From an uncultured Mediterraneibacter sp. (lineage in GTDB: Bacteria > Bacillota > Clostridia > Lachnospirales > Lachnospiraceae), in assembly GCA_944376695.1 (NCBI GenBank), contig CALWDM010000005.1, positions 5,293-69,292 on the forward strand: a stretch of DNA of 64,000 nucleotides. The letters run 5' to 3'. Both the position numbers and the translations under genes were made by a program. This document shows, one piece after another, positions 38,079 through 46,970 of this stretch. Every line of letters starts with the position of its first letter. Within the stretch, counting starts at the first letter, position 1. The notes under the pieces are model-generated. The model was given only the letters and a program-made list of their open reading frames with translations, did not search any database and was not told where the DNA came from.

Positions 38079-39380
38079 ATGGGGAATACAGAAGGAATGA
38101 AGAAACAGAGGAAATGTGTTTTGATGACAGAGATAACACCATTTGAAGATAAAATATGGCTTTCCAGTCCGACAATGCATGGACCGGAGATGGAATATAT
38201 GAAAGCTGCGTATGATACGAATTGGATGTCAACGGTTGGCGAAAATATCAATGAAGTAGAAAAGATGGCATGCCGGAAGGTCGGGTGCGGATATGCAGTG
38301 GGACTTTCCTCAGGAACAGCGGCATTACATATGGCGGTAAAGCTGGCGGGAGTCAGACCAGGGGACAAAGTATTCTGTTCAGACATGACATTTAACGCGA
38401 CGGTGAATCCCCTTGTCTATGAAGGCGGCATACCGGTTTTCATAGACACTGAATACGATACATGGAATATGGATCCCTCAGCGTTGGAGAAGGCCTTTGA
38501 GATTTATCCCGACGTAAAGGTTGTAGTCATTGCCCATCTCTATGGGACACCGGGAAAAATTGACGAACTTAAGGCGATATGTGACAGGCATGGCGCGATG
38601 GTAATCGAGGATGCGGCTGAATCTCTCGGAGCTGTATATAAAGGAAAACAGACAGGGACATTCGGCAAGTACAACTGTATTTCCTTCAACGGGAATAAGA
38701 TTATCACCGGATCTTCCGGGGGAATGCTGCTCACGGATGAAAAAGAAGCGGCAGACAAAGCAAGAAAATGGGCCACCCAGTCCAGAGAGAATGCATCGTG
38801 GTACCAGCATGAAGAACTGGGCTACAATTATCGGATGAGCAATGTGATTGCCGGAGTAATAAGAGGGCAGTTCCCTTATCTGGAAGAACATATCGCGCAG
38901 AAGAAAGAAATCTATGAAAGATATAAAGAAGGATTTAAGGATCTGCCGGTCATGATGAACCCTTATGACGCGGGAAACAGCAGCCCCAACTTCTGGCTGA
39001 GCTGCATGCTGATCGAGCCGGAGGCAATGTGCAGACAGGTGAGAGGGGAGCAGAAAGCCCTGTATATCACTGAACCGGGCAAATCCTGCCCGACAGAAAT
39101 ATTGGAGACTCTGGCAGAATATAATGCAGAAGGTCGGCCGATCTGGAAGCCCATGCACATGCAGCCGATTTATCGGATGAACGGATTTGTCACAAGGGAA
39201 GGCAACGGAAGGGCAGTGACCAATGCCTATATTGATGGAGGTGTATCTGGTAAAGACGGGAAGCCGTTGGATGTGGGAATGGATATCTTCCACAGAGGAC
39301 TGTGCCTGCCGAGTGATAATAAGATGACGGCGGAGAAGCAGGAGAAGATTATCGAGATCATTAAGAGGTGTTTTGAGTAA
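38079..39380 (+). CDS. DegT/DnrJ/EryC1 sugar aminotransferase (likely start 38124)
   Basis: IWLSSPTM, SSGTAALH, IEDAAESLG, SFNGNKIIT, GYNYRMSN. Confidence 0.93.
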   Translation: MGNTEGMKKQRKCVLMTEITPFEDKIWLSSPTMHGPEMEYMKAAYDTNWMSTVGENINEVEKMACRKVGCGYAVGLSSGTAALHMAVKLAGVRPGDKVFCSDMTFNATVNPLVYEGGIPVFIDTEYDTWNMDPSALEKAFEIYPDVKVVVIAHLYGTPGKIDELKAICDRHGAMVIEDAAESLGAVYKGKQTGTFGKYNCISFNGNKIITGSSGGMLLTDEKEAADKARKWATQSRENASWYQHEELGYNYRMSNVIAGVIRGQFPYLEEHIAQKKEIYERYKEGFKDLPVMMNPYDAGNSSPNFWLSCMLIEPEAMCRQVRGEQKALYITEPGKSCPTEILETLAEYNAEGRPIWKPMHMQPIYRMNGFVTREGNGRAVTNAYIDGGVSGKDGKPLDVGMDIFHRGLCLPSDNKMTAEKQEKIIEIIKRCFE

Positions 39381-39404
39381 CTGATAAAAATTGAGGATTA
39401 AACT

Positions 39405-39956
39405 ATGGGCTTAAGGCTGTTTGGTAAAAACATATTTCAAATATATACACACCACATAATGAAAATTGAATATGAAACTATAGCAGGGAAATCAGAGCAG
39501 TCCTCATACACTCTTTGCAAAATTGACAGCAATAGTATTCTTGATAAGCTTTCATCTATTGGTACAACAGTCAGGGTCTCTAATTTAAAACACCTCCTGC
39601 AGGTCAATGGTAACCGTTGTGAAGGGTTTGTTTTTGGAGGAACAGATACCTCTATAGGAACTATCTGGGTGATGTATCGGGGAGCAAATGATTTGGAATA
39701 CCGCATCAGGGATATCGATGCATATATATTTGATGTTTATATCAATAGAAAGTACCGTGGCAAGGGATACGCAGGAGAAATGATCCGACAGCTCATGCAG
39801 TACCTCTACAATAAAGGTCTTAGTACTGCTCATCTGGCTGTATCCAAGACAAATATAAGCGCTATTAGGGCTTATGAAAAAACTGGATTTACTACGGTGG
39901 CAGATAAAAGGTTCGTAAGATTCCTAAAAATCAATATCCCCTATCACAAGCTGTAG
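39405..39956 (+). CDS. GNAT acetyltransferase
   Basis: VYINRKYRGKGYA motif A, NISAIRAYEKTGF. Confidence 0.85.
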   Translation: MGLRLFGKNIFQIYTHHIMKIEYETIAGKSEQSSYTLCKIDSNSILDKLSSIGTTVRVSNLKHLLQVNGNRCEGFVFGGTDTSIGTIWVMYRGANDLEYRIRDIDAYIFDVYINRKYRGKGYAGEMIRQLMQYLYNKGLSTAHLAVSKTNISAIRAYEKTGFTTVADKRFVRFLKINIPYHKL

Positions 39957-40012
39957 CATTAATGTCTTTGTTATAGAAAGTGGTGGAATAGATATGGGGA
40001 GGGAAGGGATTT

Positions 40013-40726
40013 ATGCACAAATATGCAAAGTGTGAGCGTAGTATTTACGAAAAATATATAAAGCGATTGATTGATATAGTGTGTTCAGGAGTCGCCTTGA
40101 TCATATTGTCTCCGGTTCTTTTGATTATTTCTATTTTAGTAAGAATGAAACTTGGTTCACCTGTGATTTTTAAGCAGGAGAGGCCGGGGCTCCAAGAGAA
40201 GGTGTTTTCGTTATACAAGTTCCGTTCCATGACGGATGCGAAGGATAAAGATGGAAATCTGCTTCCGGACGAGGATAGACTTCCTTCCTTTGGACGGAAA
40301 CTGAGATCTACCAGCTTAGATGAACTTCCTGAACTTTGGAATATCTTTATAGGAGATATGTCAATAGTTGGCCCTCGCCCATTGCTTGTCGAGTATTTGC
40401 CATACTATACAGATGAAGAAGCACACAGACATGAAGTTCGCCCCGGATTAACTGGTTGGGCACAGATCAATGGAAGAAATGTAACTGCCTGGGATGAGCG
40501 TCTGCAACAGGATCTTTATTATGTAAGGAATTGTAGCTTTGGCCTAGATGTAAAAATCTTATTTCTGACTGTGATGAAAGTATTAAAGAAGTCTGACATC
40601 ATGGTTGGAGCACAGTACGGCGCAGGTCATGGAAAACTTGATAAAGTTAGGAATTACATTCCGCAGAGAAATAACTTTTTGAATGGTAAGCCTGTGAAAA
40701 TCCCAGTTGATAAGGAGAGCGTATGA
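40013..40726 (+). CDS. Priming phosphoglycosyl transferase (PglC/WcaJ-like)
   Basis: KRLIDI, YKFRSM, STSLDELPELWNI, GDMSIVGPRP, RPGLTGWAQ. Confidence 0.93.
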   Translation: MHKYAKCERSIYEKYIKRLIDIVCSGVALIILSPVLLIISILVRMKLGSPVIFKQERPGLQEKVFSLYKFRSMTDAKDKDGNLLPDEDRLPSFGRKLRSTSLDELPELWNIFIGDMSIVGPRPLLVEYLPYYTDEEAHRHEVRPGLTGWAQINGRNVTAWDERLQQDLYYVRNCSFGLDVKILFLTVMKVLKKSDIMVGAQYGAGHGKLDKVRNYIPQRNNFLNGKPVKIPVDKESV

Positions 40727-40729
40727 TAT

Positions 40730-41281
40730 ATGGAGCAAGTTACAATAAGAAAATTTGAGCAGATAGACGTACCCAATAAGGTGAAATGGATTAACGATAA
40801 TCGCAACAACCAATTCCTGCATTATGATATTCCCTTGGATTTAGAAAAAACGTATTGGTGGTATTTGAAAAATCAGACGCTTATGAATAGATATGATGCT
40901 GTCATTGAATATGAAGGTATTCCTGTTGGGGTAATTGGTCTTGTAAATATCCAAGAAGGAAGAGCTGAATATTATGTGACTATTGGTGAACCTGAATATA
41001 AAGGACGCGGAGTTGCCAGAAAGGCGTCAGATATTTTGCTGAGATACGCTTTTTATGAATTGAAGTTAGATGAAGTATATCTCTACACCGAAGTCGATAA
41101 TATAGCAGCACAACATTTATTTGAAAAATGCGGTTTTTATAATCAAGGTATAGAATACGCGTCCGCTTTGAACCGAGGCAAGGCAGTAGATCGCTATTAC
41201 TATGTAATAACGGCAAAGGAATTTATGAGAAATATTAACCAGATTCGTGGGGAGGGGGTACAGGGGACCACTACTCTGTAG
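40730..41281 (+). CDS. GNAT (RimJ/RimL-like) N-acetyltransferase
   Basis: IGEPEYKGRGVA, NIAAQHLFEKCGF. Confidence 0.85.
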   Translation: MEQVTIRKFEQIDVPNKVKWINDNRNNQFLHYDIPLDLEKTYWWYLKNQTLMNRYDAVIEYEGIPVGVIGLVNIQEGRAEYYVTIGEPEYKGRGVARKASDILLRYAFYELKLDEVYLYTEVDNIAAQHLFEKCGFYNQGIEYASALNRGKAVDRYYYVITAKEFMRNINQIRGEGVQGTTTL

Positions 41282-41323
41282 TCTCTGCTCCCGATTTGCT
41301 GATAGCAGCATGAGGTGGGCGGC

Positions 41324-42328
41324 ATGAGAAAACTGCTTATCCTCGGAAGTGATTATGGGACGATCCAGGTCGTGCGAGAAGCACATAAACTTGGAATGTA
41401 TGTAATTGTGGCGGATCTGATGTTGACATCACCCACAAAGGAACTTGCAGACGAAGCCTGGCTGCTTAGCTCCACGGATACAGATACACTGGTTCAAAAA
41501 TGTAAGAATGAAAATATTACTGCTCTTATGTTTGGTGCAAGTGATTTCATTGTATGGAATGCGAGAGATATTTCCGATAAAGAAATCATTGTTGAGCGGC
41601 AGTTACACGGTAAGGAATATAACGTCCATTATGCTCTGGCTGATGGGCGAGCCAGACTGCTTCATTTCAGTTCAACGCATCATGAACCGGGAGAAGCTGA
41701 AAATCTGTATTCCTTCAAATGTACAACTTCATGCCATTTGAAACAGTACATTGAAGAAGTAAATGATTCTGTTATTAGGGCAATAGAAAAGGCGGAATGC
41801 AGAGAAGGAATTGTGTGGTTCGACTGCATTCGCGATGATGATGGCCACTTCTACATGCTGGAAATGGGATACCGCTTTGGCGGTGTAATGACCTATGTTC
41901 CATATGAAAGGGTTACAGGATTTAATACTGTTAGATGGATGCTAGAGTGCGCTCTTGGCATCAAACATACAGAGCAAGATTTGCCGCCAGCATTAGATAA
42001 AGTACTGACTGGGTGCGCCGCATCTTACAACCTGTTTTCTCAGCACGATGGTGAGATAGCTCAGATTGAAGGACTGTCAGAAATAGAAAAAATACCGGGT
42101 GTGTTCGTTGATATCCCAAAGCGAGAGGGAAATTCGGTCCGATTACATGCATGCATGGGACTTTTGGGCATATATGGGAAAGATATCGAGGAGGTTTGTG
42201 ACCGACTTCAGATGGTCAATTCACTACTGAGAACAACGAATACCAGTGGAGAAAATATGTTCATCTATTTTGATGATTATGATTCGCTGCGACAAGAGTA
42301 TTACAAGGGTTTAGAGCAGTTTAAGTGA
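41324..42328 (+). CDS. ATP-grasp domain protein, apparently lacking its central segment
   Basis: LLILGS N-terminal domain and C-terminal FYMLEMGYRFGG, but no xKP ATP-binding B-domain; about 334 aa. Confidence 0.65.
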   Translation: MRKLLILGSDYGTIQVVREAHKLGMYVIVADLMLTSPTKELADEAWLLSSTDTDTLVQKCKNENITALMFGASDFIVWNARDISDKEIIVERQLHGKEYNVHYALADGRARLLHFSSTHHEPGEAENLYSFKCTTSCHLKQYIEEVNDSVIRAIEKAECREGIVWFDCIRDDDGHFYMLEMGYRFGGVMTYVPYERVTGFNTVRWMLECALGIKHTEQDLPPALDKVLTGCAASYNLFSQHDGEIAQIEGLSEIEKIPGVFVDIPKREGNSVRLHACMGLLGIYGKDIEEVCDRLQMVNSLLRTTNTSGENMFIYFDDYDSLRQEYYKGLEQFK

Positions 42329-43281
42329 TAGAAAACTGGAAGGAGGAAGAGATGATACCAACATTAATACAAGATTTGGGCGAATACAGTGGCAGCCATC
42401 TTTTTATAAAACGTGAAGATACCATCCCTTTCTCGTTTGGGGGAAATAAGGCAAGAAAAGCACAGCTTTTTTTTGAAGAAATTGATCGGGGAGAGTATGA
42501 CTGCGTGGTCACATACGGCAGTAGCAGCTCCAATCATTGCCGTGTGATCTCTAATATGGCTGCGGCAAGGAATATGAAATGCTATATCATATCACCAGAA
42601 GAGGCATCAGACGAAACCTACAACAGCAAAATGATGAGATTGTTTGGTGCAGAGATTACGGTGGTTCCTGTGGAGCAGGTACACGACATAATCGAGAAAA
42701 AGTTAAAGGACTTAAGGAATAAGGGCTCCTGTCCATATTTCATCGCAGGCGGTGGACATGGAAACATTGGAACACAGGCGTATGTCAGCTGCTACGAAGA
42801 AATACGACAGTATGAGGATGTGCAGAATATCCACTTTGACTATATCTTCTTTGCATCCGGGACAGGTACTACACAGGCCGGTTTGGTATGCGGACAGCTG
42901 ATAAATAAAGATGAAAGAAAGATTGTGGGGATCAGTATTGCCCGTAAAAATCCAAAAGGCAGGCAGGTTGTACTTGACAGCATACATGAATATTTGACAG
43001 AAAATGATGTGCTGATATCCGATGACAACATAGAATCTGCCACAATATTTAATGATAGCTATACAGGCAATGGATATGCAAAAGATAACAATAAGATTGA
43101 AAAAACAATCAGAGAAATGTTAATAAGGTATGGGTTGCCATTAGATACCACATACACAGGAAAAGCCTTTCAAGGCATGAGTGAGTATTTGAAGGAGAGA
43201 AGCATAACTGACAAGACGATTTTGTTTATACATACAGGTGGAACCCCGCTATTTTTTGACGATTTGGGAGGTAAATTGTAA
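42325..43281 (+). CDS. PLP-dependent enzyme, D-cysteine desulfhydrase/ACC deaminase family
   Basis: FGGNKARK PLP lysine, SNHCR, ASGTGTTQAGL, LDTTYTGKA, FIHTGG. Confidence 0.88.
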   Translation: MIENWKEEEMIPTLIQDLGEYSGSHLFIKREDTIPFSFGGNKARKAQLFFEEIDRGEYDCVVTYGSSSSNHCRVISNMAAARNMKCYIISPEEASDETYNSKMMRLFGAEITVVPVEQVHDIIEKKLKDLRNKGSCPYFIAGGGHGNIGTQAYVSCYEEIRQYEDVQNIHFDYIFFASGTGTTQAGLVCGQLINKDERKIVGISIARKNPKGRQVVLDSIHEYLTENDVLISDDNIESATIFNDSYTGNGYAKDNNKIEKTIREMLIRYGLPLDTTYTGKAFQGMSEYLKERSITDKTILFIHTGGTPLFFDDLGGKL

Positions 43282-44776
43282 TGGAAATCCGCTATACACA
43301 AATAGATAATCTTCCGCCGCTGGCTTGGCTTGCGGAGATCAAAAATGGAATTGTTGAGGTTATACATGGGAAAAGAGTTGAGACCACTGAAAATTGGTTT
43401 GTAGAAGGAGCCTGGTCCGGAGAGTTTGCGCAAGGAGAATTCCTGGATAATGACTGGTTTTGCGGAACAGGCGCAAGACTGTGCAACGATAAAATTGTTT
43501 TTTCTACACCATCCCACGTGACATATGGGTTGTTTTCTAAAAATACCGGGGGGGGGGTATATGATCTCCAACAGCTTATTCCCTTTAATGGGTAAGTCCG
43601 ATTTTAATTTGGATCCGCAGTATCCTGGATATGAGACGGAGTTTCAATAGTGTTACAAAAGGGATCGAACGATACAATCCCCATATTCATGTGGTTGATC
43701 GGAACGGAAAGGATGACAATGTGGATGTCTACTATTTCCGTCATATAACAATAGACAAAAATAACCGCTGTGAAATAAGCAAAATTAAAAAGGTATCTCC
43801 CTTTACTGATTTTGGAGATTATTACAAGCGTCTAATAGACGATATGCGAAGCCTGTACAGCAATGCACAGGACAGTAACAGAAAATACCGTTATGGTGTG
43901 GTTACAATGATATCGAAAGGCTATGACGCGTCATGCTGCGCGACGGTTGTAAAAGAAATTGGCGGCAATACGGCTCTTACCTTTAGCGCAATTGGAAAAT
44001 ATGCTGAGGATAGCGGCGTTGATATAGCAAATAGGCTTGGCTATCAGAATATCATTGAAAAGGACGCGGATGCATATAAGAGCAGAATCGATATGCCAGA
44101 AATAAAATACCTCTGCTCAGGAAATCTGGGCGGTGGAATTTCGTTTGCTGTTTTTGAAGAGGAATATGAAGGAAATCTCGTTTTCCAGGGAGAAAGAGGT
44201 GATTCCATATATGATCGTTATAGCAAACACAGGAATGATGAATTTCATATCATTAATATGCAGTCAGGCTTGAGCGAGAGTGAACACAGATTGTGGATTG
44301 GGTATATACCGGTTCCAATGCCTCTGTATGGGGCAAGTGCATGGCCAAGCCTGTATGATATAGCCAACTCAGATCAAATGAGTGAGTGGCAAATGAATAA
44401 TATCTATGACCGGCCAATACCGAGACGTATTGTTGAGTCTGCCGGCGTCCCAAGAGAGTGGTTTGGGGTTCAAAAAAGAGGCGCTGGATTTTCTTATCAT
44501 TTCGACTGGATGAAGCGAATTGTAAGCAGAATGTCACCAAAATCCGGGAATGACTTTTCTGCATACGTCAAGAAACACAGAAAGCCATATATCATTCAGA
44601 AGATTAGGTTTTTCATGAAAACATATAAGGTATATTTGAATCGCATTGGACTAAAAATCAAGAGTGTTGATATAGAGCAGCTGTCCAGTACACCGAACCC
44701 AATGGCGGCAAGATACCTGATCCCCTGGGCAGGAGAACATATTTTGAAAGAATACAGACAAATTTTGGAAAGGTAA
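43281..44776 (+). pseudogene. Large hypothetical tailoring protein split by frameshifts (G10 tract at 43548-43557 and a second shift near 43642)
   Basis: Frames 43281-43595 and 43631-44776 are joined by an intermediate frame YMISNSLFPLMGKSDFNLDPQYPGYETEF. Confidence 0.65.
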
Positions 44777-44782
44777 TACAAA

Positions 44783-45745
44783 ATGAACATCTTGATATTA
44801 AGTGCGGGAACTCGTAATAAAGTAGTTCAATATTTTAAAACTGCTTTGAAAGGTAAAGGCATTGTAATCGCTACAGATTGTAGTGAGATTGCGCCTGCAA
44901 TTTATGATGCAGATAAACACTATATTGTACCGAGAATGGATGACCCGCAGTACCTGGATGTTATTTTTGGTATTTGTAAAGAAAACAATGTATCAGGAGT
45001 TCTATCCCTTATCGATCCGGAATTATCTCTGCTGGCAGCGCATCTAGACGAGTTCAGAAAGATAGGAGTAACTGTTATTGGCTCTAAGTATGATCTGTGC
45101 GAGATTAGTCTCGATAAGATGCAGATGTTCCGCTGGCTTACAGAACATGGGTATAAGACAGCCAGAAGTTATGTAGATAAAGAAACGTTTTACCAGGATG
45201 TGAAGGCTGGGGTAATAAACTATCCTGTATTTGTGAAGCCCGTCCGGGGAAGCGCATCTATTGCCATTAGCAAAGTATCTGACCGAGAGACTGTTGATTT
45301 ATTATTTACACATGATGACAACCTGATGATCCAGGAGTTTTTGAACGGTCAGGAAATTGGCGCAGATGTTTACATAGATATGATTTCTGGTGAAATAGTT
45401 TCAATTTTCACGAAGAAAAAAATTAAGATGCGCGCCGGTGAAACAGATAAGGCTATCTCATTCAAAGATGACAAATTGTTTGCCTTAATTGAGAGATTTG
45501 TAAGTGAGGCAGGATACAGAGGACAGATCGACATCGATATTTTTGATATAAATGGCGAGTACTATATCAGCGAGGTAAATCCGAGATTTGGCGGCGGATA
45601 TCCACACGCATACGAATGTGGTTGTGACCATATGAAGCTGATCATCGAAAATCTTGGCGGCAGGGAAAACCAGAAAAACATAGGCGCTTATGATGAAGGC
45701 GTTTATATGATGAAGTATAATGAAGTGATGATAAGGAAGCAGTGA
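44783..45745 (+). CDS. ATP-grasp domain protein
   Basis: ILILSAGTR, DKMQMF, PVFVKPVRGSAS, ISEVNPRFGGG. Confidence 0.9.
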   Translation: MNILILSAGTRNKVVQYFKTALKGKGIVIATDCSEIAPAIYDADKHYIVPRMDDPQYLDVIFGICKENNVSGVLSLIDPELSLLAAHLDEFRKIGVTVIGSKYDLCEISLDKMQMFRWLTEHGYKTARSYVDKETFYQDVKAGVINYPVFVKPVRGSASIAISKVSDRETVDLLFTHDDNLMIQEFLNGQEIGADVYIDMISGEIVSIFTKKKIKMRAGETDKAISFKDDKLFALIERFVSEAGYRGQIDIDIFDINGEYYISEVNPRFGGGYPHAYECGCDHMKLIIENLGGRENQKNIGAYDEGVYMMKYNEVMIRKQ

Positions 45746-45749
45746 AAAG

Positions 45750-46958
45750 ATGAATGTACTATTTTTGACCACGGGGCGGATGGAGAGCATCGAACAGCGT
45801 GCAATATATCCGGACCTGCTGAGATGCTTTAGAGATCATGGACACAAAATATATACTGTAAGCTCCTACGAAAAGCGGTCAGGCAAGGCTACAGAGTTAG
45901 TTCAGGAGAAAGGGGCTTCCATGCTGCATGTTCAAATTGGAAATCTTACCAAAACTAACATAATTGAAAAAGGTATCTCCACGATTTTGATTGAACGTCA
46001 ATACAAAAAGGCAATAAAAAAGCATCTTTCAGATATCCACTTTGACCTTGTTATGTACTCAACACCACCAATCACTTTAGTGAAGGTAATTGATTATGTG
46101 AGAAAACGTGATGACGTCAAAACATATCTGCTCCTTAAGGATATCTTCCCCCAAAATGCAGTTGATATCGGAATGATGAGTAAATCTGGACTGAAGGGAT
46201 TGTTATACAAGTTTTTCAGACGGAAAGAAAAGAAGCTGTATGCGGAATCTGATTATATAGGGTGTATGTCACAGGCTAACGTAGATTATATGCTGCAACA
46301 TAATCCAGAGATAAAGCCGGATATTGTAGAGGTATGTCCAAATTCTGTAGAAGTTGTAGACATGAGGATTAGAAGAGATGTTAGAAATGAGATGCGTAGG
46401 AAATATGGAATACCGCTTGACAAGACGGTATTTGTGTATGGCGGAAATCTGGGAAAACCACAGGGCATTCCTTTTTTGATTAAATGTCTGAAATCGCAGA
46501 TGAAGAATCAGGATGCCTATTTCTTGATTGTAGGGGATGGTACTGAGTTTGGAAAGCTGGAGCTGTTTTTCAGTGAACAGAAACCTGAGAATATGAAGTT
46601 GATGAAGCGGCTCCCAAAGGAAGATTATGATAGGATGGCTGCCGCTTGTGATGTGGGTATGATCTTCCTAGATCACAGATTTACGATACCGAACTTCCCG
46701 AGTCGTTTACTTAGCTATATGCAGGCAGGTATACCAATTCTGGCGGTTACAGATCCGAATACTGATATTGGAAAAGTGATTGTTGATGGCGGCTTTGGTT
46801 GGTGGTGTGAGAGTAATGATGTGTTGTCATTCGACGAGAAGATATGGGAAGCCTGTAAAACTGATTTGGTAGATATGGGAGCGAAGGGATTCCGGTATCT
46901 TGAGGAACATTATAGTGCCGAGAAAGGTTATGAGATTATAATGGAGCATTTTGTGTAG
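45750..46958 (+). CDS. GT4 glycosyltransferase (WbuB-like, putative L-FucNAc transferase)
   Basis: YSTPPIT, DIFPQNAVD, YGGNLGKPQG, PNFPSRLLSYM; fnlABC in the same locus. Confidence 0.85.
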   Translation: MNVLFLTTGRMESIEQRAIYPDLLRCFRDHGHKIYTVSSYEKRSGKATELVQEKGASMLHVQIGNLTKTNIIEKGISTILIERQYKKAIKKHLSDIHFDLVMYSTPPITLVKVIDYVRKRDDVKTYLLLKDIFPQNAVDIGMMSKSGLKGLLYKFFRRKEKKLYAESDYIGCMSQANVDYMLQHNPEIKPDIVEVCPNSVEVVDMRIRRDVRNEMRRKYGIPLDKTVFVYGGNLGKPQGIPFLIKCLKSQMKNQDAYFLIVGDGTEFGKLELFFSEQKPENMKLMKRLPKEDYDRMAAACDVGMIFLDHRFTIPNFPSRLLSYMQAGIPILAVTDPNTDIGKVIVDGGFGWWCESNDVLSFDEKIWEACKTDLVDMGAKGFRYLEEHYSAEKGYEIIMEHFV

Positions 46959-46970
46959 GAAGAGTGGATA

